NCBI GenBank assembly: GCA_040901865.1
Contig: JBBDYD010000191.1
Span: 3,242-67,241 of the forward strand
DNA from: Bacteroidota bacterium
GTDB taxonomy: Bacteria > Bacteroidota > Ignavibacteria > UBA10030
Direction of reading: 5' to 3'
Length of the DNA stretch: 64,000 nucleotides
The notes beneath the pieces were generated by a model. It saw nothing but the letters and a program-made list of their open reading frames with translations, did not search any database and was not told where the DNA came from. This document shows, one piece after another, positions 45,053 through 55,262 of this stretch (positions are counted from its first letter, which is position 1; the number at the start of each line of letters is the position of its first letter). Made by a program: the position numbers and the translations under genes.

Positions 45053-46414
45053 ATGAAACGACTTTTGCTGGTCCTTTTCCTTCCCCTGGCGCTTCTCCGG
45101 GCTCAGGAAGTGAGTTTGAGCGTTCCGTACGAAAGAATGGAACTCCGAAACGGTCTGAATGTTATTTTGCACGAAGACCATACAATCCCGAGGGTTTCTG
45201 TGAACATGTGGTATCATGTGGGTTCTGGTCATGAGAAACCCGGAAGAACCGGGTTCGCTCACTTATTTGAACATATCATGTTTGAAGGATCGGGAAACGT
45301 GCCGGAAGGGATGTTTGATGTGTGGCTCGAAGCGGCAGGAGGTGACAACAACGGATCGACAAACGGGGATCGGACAAACTACTATGAAAACATGCCCGGG
45401 AATGCTCTTGAGCTCGCCCTCTTCCTCGAATCAGACAGGATGGGGTACCTCCTGGATGCCATGTCGCCCCAAAAAGTCGACGGTCAACGAGATGTCGTAA
45501 AGAACGAACGCCGGCAACGGTATGAAAATCAACCGTACGGAATGGTGTGGATTGTTATGGCACAAAACATCTATCCCAAAGACCATCCGTATTCGTGGCC
45601 AACCATCGGATCGATGGCAGACTTGTCGGCTGCCAGTTATGAAGACGTGGTGGAATTTTTCAAGAAGTATTATGTGCCAAACAACACAAGCATGGTGATT
45701 GCCGGCGATATCAACGTGGAACAGACCAAGAAATTGGTAACGAAATGGTTTGATGAGATTCCGGCGGGAAAACCAAATGAGCCGATTGATCCCCCGGCCT
45801 CTTCGATAACGTCGGAAAAACGTCTCATGATGGAAGACCGCGTTCAACTTCCACGGTTCTACATGTCCTGGCTGACACCACCCTTGCTTACACCCGGCGA
45901 TGCTGAAATGGACATTCTTGCAAACATCCTGGCCGGCGGCAAGAATTCGAGACTCCATAAAAGATTGGTCTATGATTTACAGATTGCGCAGGATGTTTCG
46001 GCATTTCAATCCTCCGCTTCACTTTCTTCGTCCTTCTGGGTCATCGCCACTGCCAGGGCTGGTCATACTCTCGCGGAGCTGGAGACAGTCATCCAGGAGG
46101 AAATCAATCGTTTGAAGGTCGATGGGCCGACAGACCGGGAGGTACAGAGGGCAATAAACCAGTTTGAAGCAGCCTTTCTCGATGGCCTCGAAACCTCGGC
46201 CGGCAAGGCCGATCAATTGAACAACTATTTTGTCAGAACGGGAAACCCGGACTATTTCAACGAGGATCTTGCCCGCTATAAAGCTGTCCGGCGAAACGAT
46301 GTTCAGGCGATGGCACGGTCGTTCCTGCCCGACGGCGCGCGCGTGGTCCTGAGTATTGTCCCGCAGGGGAAAAAGGATCTTTCAGCCGCGGCGAGTATGG
46401 AGGTGAAACCATGA
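45053..46414 (+). CDS. M16 family zinc peptidase, catalytic subunit (second pair)
   Basis: About 453 aa from ATG 45053, with an AGAGGAG RBS. Signal peptide MKRLLLVLFLPLALLRAQ and zinc motif HLFEH (GFAHLFEHIMFEGS). Confidence 0.92.
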   Translation: MKRLLLVLFLPLALLRAQEVSLSVPYERMELRNGLNVILHEDHTIPRVSVNMWYHVGSGHEKPGRTGFAHLFEHIMFEGSGNVPEGMFDVWLEAAGGDNNGSTNGDRTNYYENMPGNALELALFLESDRMGYLLDAMSPQKVDGQRDVVKNERRQRYENQPYGMVWIVMAQNIYPKDHPYSWPTIGSMADLSAASYEDVVEFFKKYYVPNNTSMVIAGDINVEQTKKLVTKWFDEIPAGKPNEPIDPPASSITSEKRLMMEDRVQLPRFYMSWLTPPLLTPGDAEMDILANILAGGKNSRLHKRLVYDLQIAQDVSAFQSSASLSSSFWVIATARAGHTLAELETVIQEEINRLKVDGPTDREVQRAINQFEAAFLDGLETSAGKADQLNNYFVRTGNPDYFNEDLARYKAVRRNDVQAMARSFLPDGARVVLSIVPQGKKDLSAAASMEVKP

Positions 46415-47898
46415 ATCAGTCAATACAGTGGAAGAAGAAAAAGGATTGCGGGATGATCAAGAGAATGGTAAACCTCGTGGTTCTATTGTTGATAATGAGC
46501 GGAGGAGCGGTCGGCCAAAAGCCCGACCGGACTTCTCCGCCGTCGCTGGGGAATCCGGGTACGCTGAGCTTACCTGCAATTCAGAAATTCAAGCTCTCAA
46601 ACGGTCTTCCCGTCGTGCTGATGGAGAAACGGGGGGTTCCTGTCGTGCAGATCAATGTACTCGTGAAAACCGGCTCTGCAATGGAGCCAACGGACAAGTC
46701 CGGAGTTGCAAGCATGACGGCGGCCATGCTCGACGAAGGTGCGGGTACGCACTCTGCGTTGGAATTGGCTGACGCGATTGATTTCCTCGGCGCCAGGATT
46801 ACCACGAGCTCCGGTCAACACACGAGCGCCATAGCCCTGCATACACCGGTGTCCAAGCTCGACGCGGCCCTTGCTCTGATGGGCGATATCGCCATACGGC
46901 CGACATTTCCCGCTGAAGAACTTGACCGTTTGCGGAAAGAGCGGATGACGACCCTGGTGCAATGGCACGACCAGCCGGGGACCATCGCATCAGTTGCCTT
47001 TAGCCAGACACTCTATGGTTCCCGACATCCCTATGGTGTACCTTCGATCGGAAACGAACAATCGCTTCGGGCAATGAAAGCGACGGATCTCAAGCGTTTC
47101 CATGAAGCAAATTACAACCCCAACAATGTCACGCTTATTGTGGTTGGAGATGTCCGGAAATCGGATATTCTGAAGAAGCTCGAATCAGTGTTCGGCGTAT
47201 GGAAGGGAAGAACCACCGGTTCGGTGAATTGGCCCGACGCAGCCCAGGTGGAGCGAAGGATCATCTATCTTATCGATAAACCGGACGCAGCGCAATCCGA
47301 AATCCGCATTGGACGAATCGGCGTTTCGCGCATGACCGAAGATTATTTTCCGCTTGTCGTCATGAACACGATTCTCGGCGGATCGTTTACATCGAGGTTG
47401 AACCAAAACCTGCGCGAAACCCATGGATACTCTTACGGGGCCGGGTCCTTTTTTGACATGCGCCCCCTCCCGGGACCGTTCATGGCATATTCTGCCGTAC
47501 AGACAAACGTGACGGACAGCGCATTGGCGGAGTTCTTCAAGGAATTTAGGAACATGCAGAAATCATTGCCGGATGAGGAATTCGAAAAGGCGAAGAACTA
47601 TATCGCCCTTGGTTATCCGGACAATTTCGAATCAGTAAGTCAGATCGCGGGGATGCTTGCGGAGATGATCACGTTTAATCTTCCGGACAACTATTTTAAC
47701 ACATACGTGAACAAGGTCCTTGCAGTCAAAAAAGCGGATGTTGAGCGCGTGGCTCGGGAGTACGTTTTGCAGGATAAAATGGCAGTGATTGTGGTGGGAG
47801 ACAGAGCGGTGATAGAAAAGGGAATACGGGGACTGAACCTCGGAACGGTGCAAGTGAGATCGATTGAAGACATTCTTGGAAAACCACCGAAGTTGTAG
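46411..47898 (+). CDS. M16 family peptidase-like protein lacking HxxEH (non-catalytic partner)
   Basis: 495 aa with an ATGA overlap with the upstream gene; an alternative start lies at 46453. The equivalent site reads GVASMTAAMLDEGAGT. Confidence 0.85.
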   Translation: MNQSIQWKKKKDCGMIKRMVNLVVLLLIMSGGAVGQKPDRTSPPSLGNPGTLSLPAIQKFKLSNGLPVVLMEKRGVPVVQINVLVKTGSAMEPTDKSGVASMTAAMLDEGAGTHSALELADAIDFLGARITTSSGQHTSAIALHTPVSKLDAALALMGDIAIRPTFPAEELDRLRKERMTTLVQWHDQPGTIASVAFSQTLYGSRHPYGVPSIGNEQSLRAMKATDLKRFHEANYNPNNVTLIVVGDVRKSDILKKLESVFGVWKGRTTGSVNWPDAAQVERRIIYLIDKPDAAQSEIRIGRIGVSRMTEDYFPLVVMNTILGGSFTSRLNQNLRETHGYSYGAGSFFDMRPLPGPFMAYSAVQTNVTDSALAEFFKEFRNMQKSLPDEEFEKAKNYIALGYPDNFESVSQIAGMLAEMITFNLPDNYFNTYVNKVLAVKKADVERVAREYVLQDKMAVIVVGDRAVIEKGIRGLNLGTVQVRSIEDILGKPPKL

Positions 47899-47900
47899 GC

Positions 47901-48998
47901 CTAGACGTTGAATCTGAAGAACACGATGTCACCATCCTGAAGGAGGTACTCGCGCCCCTCGACCCTCATAAGCCCGTTTTCTTTCACGGCGGATTCGGAT
48001 CCAAGTCGGTCGAGGTCTGCAAACCGGATGATTTCGGCTCGGATGAATCCCTGCTCGAAATCCGAATGGATGACGCCAGCCGCCTGCGGTGCCGCTGTTC
48101 CGCGCTCCAAGGTCCAGGCATGAACCTCCTTGGGACCTGCAGTAAAGAACGTTATGAGTCGAAGCAGATCATAGCCCTCCCGAATGACCTGGTTCAAACC
48201 GGACTCTTTGAGCCCCAACCCCTCCAAAAAATGACTCCGCTCTCCTTCTGGAAGCTCCGCCACTTCTGCTTCGACAGCCGCTGAAACCACGGCGACCTTT
48301 GCTCCCTCCTTTGCGGCAATTTCCCGGACTTGGTCGATATAGGGATTGGAGATCAGCAGATCTTTTTCATGGACATTGCAGACGTACATGACGGGTTTAC
48401 GAGTGAGGAGATGGAGATCCCGCATCCAGAGCGTCTCTTCTTCGTTCTGAACAGGAAGGTACCTCGCCAGTCTTCCCGTGGAAAGATGAGTGCGGACTTT
48501 CGAAAAAAAATCCGCCTCCTGTTTCGTTTTCTTATCACCGCTTTTTGCCCGCTTCTCCGCGTCTGAGAACTTCTTTTCAACCGTTTCAAGATCCTTGAGG
48601 ATCAATTCCGTTTCGATGACTTCGATGTCCCGTTGGGGATTCACACTGCCATCCACATGGACGACATTCGGATCGTCAAAGCATCGCACCACGTGAGCAA
48701 TGGCATCGACGTTTCGGATGTGGGAAAGAAACTGGTTGCCGAGACCTTCGCCCTTGCTGGCCCCTTTCACGAGTCCGGCGATATCAAGAAACTCAATGGT
48801 GGTTGGTACAATCTTCCCCGGCTTGAAGATATCGACAAGCCGACTAACTCGGTTGTCGGGAACCGTTACAACCCCAACATTGGGATCAATTGTGCAAAAC
48901 GGGTAATTCGCAGCCTCGGCACCGGCGGCAGTGATTGCATTGAAAAGAGTGGATTTTCCCACATTCGGCAATCCAACAATTCCACAAGTAAATCCCAT
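47901..48998 (-). CDS. ychF: Ribosome-binding ATPase YchF
   Basis: 365 aa. [21 protein letters not shown] and a C-terminal TGS/YchF domain. Confidence 0.95.
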   Translation of the reverse strand: MGFTCGIVGLPNVGKSTLFNAITAAGAEAANYPFCTIDPNVGVVTVPDNRVSRLVDIFKPGKIVPTTIEFLDIAGLVKGASKGEGLGNQFLSHIRNVDAIAHVVRCFDDPNVVHVDGSVNPQRDIEVIETELILKDLETVEKKFSDAEKRAKSGDKKTKQEADFFSKVRTHLSTGRLARYLPVQNEEETLWMRDLHLLTRKPVMYVCNVHEKDLLISNPYIDQVREIAAKEGAKVAVVSAAVEAEVAELPEGERSHFLEGLGLKESGLNQVIREGYDLLRLITFFTAGPKEVHAWTLERGTAAPQAAGVIHSDFEQGFIRAEIIRFADLDRLGSESAVKENGLMRVEGREYLLQDGDIVFFRFNV

Positions 48999-49132
48999 AT
49001 TTTAAAGGCTCTTATGTCGGTTGTTAAAGAAGTATTTTGAAAGACATGCTGTAAGTTACTAAAAATTGTGCTATTTTCTAAAAGTCATCAAAATAGTCGA
49101 AAACAGGTTGTGACACTGCTCATGTGAACAAC

Positions 49133-49162
49133 TTGCGAATTAGTTTTCTGCGATTATATTTG
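49133..49162 (+). promoter_or_regulatory. Candidate Bacteroidetes-type promoter (TTG - 19 nt - TAnnTTTG) for the outer membrane protein gene
   Basis: TTG at 49133-49135 and TATATTTG at 49155-49162, about 50 nt upstream of ATG 49212. Pattern match only. Confidence 0.3.
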
Positions 49163-49211
49163 TGTGTTCATGTAAATCCAATGAATTCACCAACATCCTG
49201 AAAGGATACTT

Positions 49212-50588
49212 ATGAAACAACTCTTTAGTGTTCTCTTGATCGTTCTGGTCATCGGAATGGCGGAAGCTCAGGAGAAGCCAAAGGCGGTCAGTGGAGGTCT
49301 TGGTCGGACAACGGCCCTTGGCGGAAGTCCTTATAATCCGTATGTCCAGGATTACACCGATGTTTTCACCAATCCTGCCTATGCGGCATGGAACAAGGAT
49401 CTTCTCTTTGGAGAGCTTGGAAACAGCTTTGCAAACCAGTATGTCGCACCGGGTCAATATGCTGCCTATATACTGGGTTTGGGAAATTTGGCTCTCGGTG
49501 TAGCCATCGGGAAGCGCGAAGGCCCCATGTTTGCGGAAAACGCGTATGGTACGGGGATATTTGCCTGGTCGGACTATATGATCCCTTCCATTAATGCAAA
49601 TACTCCCGTGGCAACTGGTGAGCCGCTTGCGCCCGTTCAGGTCTTTGGTGCATTCAAAGCAGGGTCGCTCACGATTGGTGCGGGACTCTACAGGTCGTGG
49701 TGGAGTTTTCTCGATGATGGGACCGGTTCGATGGGTGCTTTGCAAAAATTGGAGATTTCGAACAACCAGACAGGATTCAAGGGCGGCATTCTCCTTGAGC
49801 TCACCCCAAGCGTTCTTGTCGATGCAGGCGTTCTCTTTCGCATCAATTCTTCTTCTGGCGATTTCACTGATGGAAATGCGGGAGCCAATCCAACGGCACA
49901 GGCCTACAGTGCAACGGGAACGGAGATCGGTGTCAACGGAAGGATCTTCATGAAGTTTTCCGACAAACTGACCCTGGTCCCACAGGTTCGGTTTGCGACG
50001 TTTGGATATCAACCGGAACTGAAGGATAATACGACTCCGGCCCCCCCAACCCCGGTGAATAATAAGCCGAACGATTACGGTCGCACGGAATTCGAAGTCG
50101 GCATTGGTGCTAATTCATCGTTTGACGGCGGATGGGTCACGGTGGGTGTTGCGGTTCAAAGCATCTCGCTTTCGAACGATGTTACTACACAGCCGGGTGG
50201 TGCGGGGACTCCTTTGCAGACGACAAAAAGCACCATGAGTTGGTTCGATCTGCCGAAGTTCAACGTCGGTGCGGAATTTGACCTGCTTTCGTGGATGAAA
50301 GGCCGGCTTGGATATTTTAAGCGTCTTTCCTCGATGAGCACAACGACTGAACCACCGTCTCCGGGCCAGAAAACAGAAACCAGCACGTCGCAGGAACCCG
50401 GCTATATTCCCTCCCTGGGTTTCTCCGGTGCTCAACAGCAGGTTTCCTTGGGTCTGGGCATCATACTCAACAGAATTTCCATTGATGGATATGTTGGTGA
50501 ACGCGTTCTGGCAGCAGGTACATGGCTTCTGAGCGGCCGCGCGCAGGATATTTTTGGCGTGCTATCGATCAGCGTAAAGTTCAACTGA
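49212..50588 (+). CDS. Outer membrane beta-barrel protein, function unknown (weak PorP/PorV-like N-terminal NPAY motif)
   Basis: 458 aa. Signal peptide (GMAEAQ), N-terminal GGSPYNPYVQDYTDVFTNPAYAAW, alternating beta pattern, ends ...VLSISVKFN. Confidence 0.7.
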   Translation: MKQLFSVLLIVLVIGMAEAQEKPKAVSGGLGRTTALGGSPYNPYVQDYTDVFTNPAYAAWNKDLLFGELGNSFANQYVAPGQYAAYILGLGNLALGVAIGKREGPMFAENAYGTGIFAWSDYMIPSINANTPVATGEPLAPVQVFGAFKAGSLTIGAGLYRSWWSFLDDGTGSMGALQKLEISNNQTGFKGGILLELTPSVLVDAGVLFRINSSSGDFTDGNAGANPTAQAYSATGTEIGVNGRIFMKFSDKLTLVPQVRFATFGYQPELKDNTTPAPPTPVNNKPNDYGRTEFEVGIGANSSFDGGWVTVGVAVQSISLSNDVTTQPGGAGTPLQTTKSTMSWFDLPKFNVGAEFDLLSWMKGRLGYFKRLSSMSTTTEPPSPGQKTETSTSQEPGYIPSLGFSGAQQQVSLGLGIILNRISIDGYVGERVLAAGTWLLSGRAQDIFGVLSISVKFN

Positions 50589-50612
50589 TTTTCCGGTTTT
50601 TCCGGAGTCAAA

Positions 50613-50642
50613 GGCGCCCCGAGCAATCGGGGCGTTTTTTTT
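50613..50642 (+). terminator. Rho-independent terminator
   Basis: 8-bp stem CGCCCCGA/TCGGGGCG with a GCAA loop, followed by T8 (50635-50642). Confidence 0.85.
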
Positions 50643-50663
50643 GTCCCTCCACAAAATACTCCT

Positions 50664-50697
50664 TGCATATTTATGCACATAAATGCATATTTATGCA
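50664..50697. promoter_or_regulatory. Tandem ARG boxes (ArgR operator) overlapping the argC start codon
   Basis: Two identical palindromes TGCATATTTATGCA at 50664-50677 and 50684-50697, 20 bp centre to centre. Same 5-4-5 layout as the TGAAT-WWWW-ATTCA ARG-box core. argR is encoded in the operon. Confidence 0.7.
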
Positions 50698-51734
50698 TGG
50701 AGGCTACGCCAACAATTTCTATTGTAGGGGCATCCGGATATTCGGGTGCCGAACTCTATTCCCTGCTGTCTCACCACTCCCTTGTTCGCATCGGCAAGCT
50801 CTTTGCTAACACCTCCGCCGGTAAGCAGTTTCATGAAGTGTTTCCCCGATTTTTGGGGAATTCAGCGCAATCAAGCGGTTCATTGTTGGAACTGTATTCG
50901 CCGGAGGCGGCATGCTCAAGCGATCTGATTTTCATTGCCCTCCCTTCCGGGGAGGCCATGCGAGTTGTTCCCGAACTCCTTCAGCGTGGAAAACGAATCG
51001 TCGATCTTGGTGGCGATTTTCGACTCAAGAGCGCTTCGCTTTATGAGCGCTATTACAAACACGTCCACTCGTCGCCCGACTATCTCAACCAAGCGGTGTA
51101 TGGCCTTCCGGAATGGAACCGGGACGCGATTCGAAATGCAAAGCTCGTCGCCAACCCCGGCTGCTACCCAACAAGCGCCGTCCTGCCGCTTCTCCCCTTG
51201 CTGAAAGAAAAGATTATTCGCGATGACGGGATAGCCATCAGTTCCCTTTCGGGTGTTTCCGGGGCTGGCAGAAGTGCTTCAGTCGATTTGTCTTTTGTCG
51301 AAGTCAATGAATCTGTAAAAGCATACAAGGTGGGAGTGCATCAGCATATTCCGGAAATTAAATCGGTCCTTTCGGAACTCACCGGGAGGCACATTTCGGT
51401 CAGTTTTGTGCCCCATCTGCTCCCCATCACCCGTGGGATTTTTACGAGTATTTATGCACCCCTCGCTCAGGATGTTTCCCCTGAACGGGTTTTCGAGATC
51501 TATCAATCCCAATACACACGGGAACCGTTTATTCGCATCTTGGCCGACAACCTCCCCGAGATCAAACACGTAACGAACACCAATTTCCTCGATATCGGAT
51601 TCCGCATTGACCGCGAGAATAACATGCTGATTATCTTGTCCGTTCTTGACAATCTGATCAAGGGTGCTGCGGGCCAGGCCGTTCAAAATATGAATCTTAT
51701 GTTCGGGTTCAACGAGACGGAAGGACTTCTATGA
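50697..51734 (+). CDS. argC: N-acetyl-gamma-glutamyl-phosphate reductase
   Basis: About 345 aa from ATG 50697 (MEATPTISIVGASGYSGAEL) with the catalytic Cys motif NPGCYPT. Confidence 0.95.
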   Translation: MEATPTISIVGASGYSGAELYSLLSHHSLVRIGKLFANTSAGKQFHEVFPRFLGNSAQSSGSLLELYSPEAACSSDLIFIALPSGEAMRVVPELLQRGKRIVDLGGDFRLKSASLYERYYKHVHSSPDYLNQAVYGLPEWNRDAIRNAKLVANPGCYPTSAVLPLLPLLKEKIIRDDGIAISSLSGVSGAGRSASVDLSFVEVNESVKAYKVGVHQHIPEIKSVLSELTGRHISVSFVPHLLPITRGIFTSIYAPLAQDVSPERVFEIYQSQYTREPFIRILADNLPEIKHVTNTNFLDIGFRIDRENNMLIILSVLDNLIKGAAGQAVQNMNLMFGFNETEGLL

Positions 51735-52951
51735 AACCATCAACACCCGTAAGGGAATGCGACGGCGGAGTAACAACACCGCGGGGATTCAGAGCTGGCG
51801 GATTGTATTGCGGGATCCGAAAGGCCAAAAAAGATATTGCCATAATCGTATCCCAGTCTCCCGCGACGGTCGCCGCGGTTTTTACGATCAACAAAACACA
51901 AGCCGCGCCTTTGATTGTGGACAAGATGCAACTCCAGCGTTCTCCCCTGTGCTCGGCTCTTGTCGTGAACAGCGGAAATGCAAATGCCTGCACGGGTGAG
52001 CGCGGACTGAACGATGCCTGGGAAATGGTAAGAACGGCGAGTGAAGCCATTGGTGTACCAGAAGAACAGGTGTTGGTTTCATCCACCGGCGTGATCGGGC
52101 AATATCTTCCGATGGACAGGGTCGTATCCGGCATTCGACAACTGGCGCCGGTATTGACCGAAACAGGCGGTCGCGATGCCGCAGAAGCAATCATGACGAC
52201 GGATACGTATTCAAAAGAAACCGCGGTGCAGTTTTCCCTGGGAAAATCCCTGGTAACGATCGGCGGCATGGCAAAAGGATCAGGAATGATCGCTCCAAAC
52301 ATGGCCACCATGCTCGCATTCATCACAACCGACGTTCGCATCAGCCGCCCCCTCTTGCAGAAAGCACTCATGCGGGCGAATAATCGGTCGTTCAATCGCA
52401 TCACGGTCGATGGTGACATGAGCACGAATGACATGGTTGTCGTCCTTGCAAACGGCTTGGCTGAAAATGAACCATTCGGGGAACATTCGGAAGAATTTCA
52501 TCTGTTCTGCGCGGCACTTGAGTATGTGATGATTAAACTTGCCAAGATGATTGCCCGCGACGGCGAAGGAGCCACCAAGCTCATCGAGATCTACGTCAAA
52601 GGTGCCCGGACCGAAGAAGAGGCGGCGCAGGCGGCTCGTTCTGTTGCCAACTCGAACCTCGTTAAAACCGCACTTCATGGTTGTGATGCCAACTGGGGCC
52701 GCATCATGGCTGCGGTGGGGTACTCGGGAATCGACATGGATCCCGAACAAATTGAAATCAGGTTTAACGATCTCCCCATTCTCAATAAGCACTACGAAAT
52801 TGTCCTCGACGAAGAAAAAGCAAGATCAGCCCTTGCGCTGGAACAGGTTCTCGTGACCATTGATTTGAATCAGGGCTCGCAAAGTGCGAGGTTCTGGACG
52901 TGCGACCTGACAAAAGAATACGTCCACATTAACGCGAGTTACCGGTCGTGA
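51731..52951 (+). CDS. argJ: Bifunctional ornithine acetyltransferase/N-acetylglutamate synthase
   Basis: 406 aa with the autoproteolysis motif ATMLAFITTDV. ATGA overlap with argC. Confidence 0.95.
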   Translation: MKPSTPVRECDGGVTTPRGFRAGGLYCGIRKAKKDIAIIVSQSPATVAAVFTINKTQAAPLIVDKMQLQRSPLCSALVVNSGNANACTGERGLNDAWEMVRTASEAIGVPEEQVLVSSTGVIGQYLPMDRVVSGIRQLAPVLTETGGRDAAEAIMTTDTYSKETAVQFSLGKSLVTIGGMAKGSGMIAPNMATMLAFITTDVRISRPLLQKALMRANNRSFNRITVDGDMSTNDMVVVLANGLAENEPFGEHSEEFHLFCAALEYVMIKLAKMIARDGEGATKLIEIYVKGARTEEEAAQAARSVANSNLVKTALHGCDANWGRIMAAVGYSGIDMDPEQIEIRFNDLPILNKHYEIVLDEEKARSALALEQVLVTIDLNQGSQSARFWTCDLTKEYVHINASYRS

Positions 52952-53841
52952 CACCGAAATCGATCGATTACGCCACCAAGGAAGAAGTGCTGATCGAAGC
53001 ACTGCCCTACATTCAAACGTACGAGGGCAAAACGTTTGTGATTAAATACGGCGGTTCGGCGATGACCGACGAGGGCCTGAAACTCACGTTTGCCAAGGAT
53101 GTTACCCTCCTTCGGAAAATCGGTATCAACATTGTCATCGTGCACGGCGGCGGCAAGGAAATAACGGAGACGGCGGCCCGGTTGGGGATCGAGACGCGGT
53201 TTGTTCAGGGTCAACGGTTTACGGACGAAAATATGATCCGGGTTGTTCTGATGGTGCTGGCGGGTGTACTAAACAAAGAAATCGTTCACGGGATCAATCA
53301 GAATGGAGGCAACGCTCTCGGGTTGTGCGGAGTGGATAACTCTCTGCTGAAAGCGAAAAAACTCTCGAGCAATGGGGTGGATCTTGGATTTGTGGGAACC
53401 ATAACCTCTGTCAACACCACGTTTCTGCAGATGATCCTTCAGAACGGAATGATGCCGGTGATTGCTCCACTGGCTGTTGGGCCCTCCGGAGAGATTTTCA
53501 ATGTCAACGCCGACCTTGGTGCGGCGGCAGTCGCATCGGCTCTCGGCGCGGAAAAGTTGGTGTACCTGAGCGACGTCGAAGGAATCATCGCGAATGGATC
53601 ACTGGTCTCAACGTTGACGCAATCCGAAGCGCGCCGGATGATCGAGCGGGGCGACATTTTTGGGGGAATGATTCCGAAAGTACAATCGGCGTTTGAAACG
53701 CTCGATGCCGGCGTCAACAAGGTGCATATCGTGGACGGCCGCGTCAAGCATTCCTTGTTGCTGGAAATATTCACAGACGAGGGGATTGGTACGCAGATGA
53801 TTCGTGACACGGCGCCGCACCAAAAGAGCATTGCGATATGA
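52948..53841 (+). CDS. argB: Acetylglutamate kinase
   Basis: 297 aa with FVIKYGGSAM and IVHGGG. GTGA overlap with argJ. Confidence 0.95.
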   Translation: MTPKSIDYATKEEVLIEALPYIQTYEGKTFVIKYGGSAMTDEGLKLTFAKDVTLLRKIGINIVIVHGGGKEITETAARLGIETRFVQGQRFTDENMIRVVLMVLAGVLNKEIVHGINQNGGNALGLCGVDNSLLKAKKLSSNGVDLGFVGTITSVNTTFLQMILQNGMMPVIAPLAVGPSGEIFNVNADLGAAAVASALGAEKLVYLSDVEGIIANGSLVSTLTQSEARRMIERGDIFGGMIPKVQSAFETLDAGVNKVHIVDGRVKHSLLLEIFTDEGIGTQMIRDTAPHQKSIAI

Positions 53842-54782
53842 AAAAGGATCTTCTCACATTATTCGATGTGACCCGCGAGGATTTGGAGTCCCTCTTTGAA
53901 GAGGCCGATCGACTTCAGACAGATCGTTCTGCCACACCGCTCCTCGGTGCAACGGTGGCCCTGATATTTCAAAAACCGTCGTTACGAACACGTGTTTCAT
54001 TTGAAGTCGGGGTCGCACAGCTTGGGGGAAACACGACCTTCCTTTCGCAGGAAAGCATTGGCGTTGGGACGCGCGAATCCGCGCATGACGTGGCTATGCT
54101 TCTTTCACGATTCTGCGATGCCATTATTGCCCGCCTCTATGATCATACTGTGATTGTGGAACTTGCGCGCCATGCAACGGTTCCTGTGATTAATGCTTTG
54201 ACTGATATCTCCCATCCATGCCAGGTTCTCGCCGATTTGTATACGATCAGACAGCACGGCAGACTGAAGCCGGGGCTGAAGGTGGCGTTTGTGGGTGACG
54301 GTAACAATGTCGTTAACTCGTGGCTCGAAATGGCTTCTCTCTATCCAATGGAGTTCGTTCTTGCCGCGCCCCGCGGGTATTGGCCGGATGAGGGCATTGT
54401 GCGGCGGGCCAGGGAATCCGGTGTGAGCAAGATCGAAATAACAAATGACCCGTCGGCGGCCGTGCAAAGAGCGGACGTTGTGTACACCGATGTGTGGACG
54501 AGTATGGGACAAGAGGCCGAAAGCGAAAAGCGCAAGAAGGCCTTTGCAGCGTTCCAGGTGAACGAGGTTTTGATGAGTCATGCGCCGTCCGATTGCATGG
54601 TCATGCACTGCCTGCCGGCACACAGGGGCGAAGAGATCACAACCGGCGTTATTGACGGGCCGAATTCTATTGTCTTTGACGAAGCGGAAAACCGACTTCA
54701 TATTCAAAAGGCGGTTTTATCAGCTTTGTGCACCCGCAAGTCTATTCCTGCTCGATTCCAAAAGGGAGTTAAAACAGGATGA
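53838..54782 (+). CDS. argF: Ornithine carbamoyltransferase
   Basis: 314 aa with SLRTR, HPCQ, DVWTSMG and HCLPAHRGEE, which are canonical OTCase motifs. Confidence 0.9.
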   Translation: MKKDLLTLFDVTREDLESLFEEADRLQTDRSATPLLGATVALIFQKPSLRTRVSFEVGVAQLGGNTTFLSQESIGVGTRESAHDVAMLLSRFCDAIIARLYDHTVIVELARHATVPVINALTDISHPCQVLADLYTIRQHGRLKPGLKVAFVGDGNNVVNSWLEMASLYPMEFVLAAPRGYWPDEGIVRRARESGVSKIEITNDPSAAVQRADVVYTDVWTSMGQEAESEKRKKAFAAFQVNEVLMSHAPSDCMVMHCLPAHRGEEITTGVIDGPNSIVFDEAENRLHIQKAVLSALCTRKSIPARFQKGVKTG

Positions 54783-55240
54783 AGCACGCACGTCATCTGG
54801 CAATCAAAGAGATCCTGGCTCATGCGATGGTTGGAAACCAGGATGAACTCCTGCGGTTGCTCAAGAAAGGCGGATTTGCAATCACGCAGGCGACGCTTTC
54901 GCGTGACTTGAAGGACCTCGGTGTCGGACGGGTAAACACTGCCGATGGTGCGCGGTACGTGCTTCAAACGGAGGTCGAGGAGCAAAAGCTGAGAGCGTTT
55001 TTGGGATACGAAATCGAAGAAATTGATTCCAATGAGTCGGTTATTGTTGTGAAAACGCTTCCGGGCAGGGCACAGGGTGTGGCGGGGATCATCGACGGCT
55101 TGCATCACCCCCTTGTCTTGGGGACCATTGCGGGGGACAATACAATTTTTGTCACGCCCAAATCCGTCAAAAAAATCCCCGACTTGATAAAGGTGATCCG
55201 GTCTCTCATGTCCGATCAACGAAATCCAATCCATAACTAA
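54779..55240 (+). CDS. argR: Arginine repressor
   Basis: 153 aa. Winged-helix N-terminus ([28 protein letters not shown]) and C-terminal [11 protein letters not shown]. Confidence 0.9.
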   Translation: MKHARHLAIKEILAHAMVGNQDELLRLLKKGGFAITQATLSRDLKDLGVGRVNTADGARYVLQTEVEEQKLRAFLGYEIEEIDSNESVIVVKTLPGRAQGVAGIIDGLHHPLVLGTIAGDNTIFVTPKSVKKIPDLIKVIRSLMSDQRNPIHN

Positions 55241-55262
55241 TCGCTTTACCAAAGGAACATAC

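Noticed and set aside
49140-50012. 290-aa minus-strand ORF
   Set aside because: It is antisense to the outer membrane protein gene and runs into its promoter region. Its composition is shadow-like.
51709-52434. 241-aa minus-strand ORF
   Set aside because: It is antisense to argJ, which carries the diagnostic ATMLAFITTD motif.
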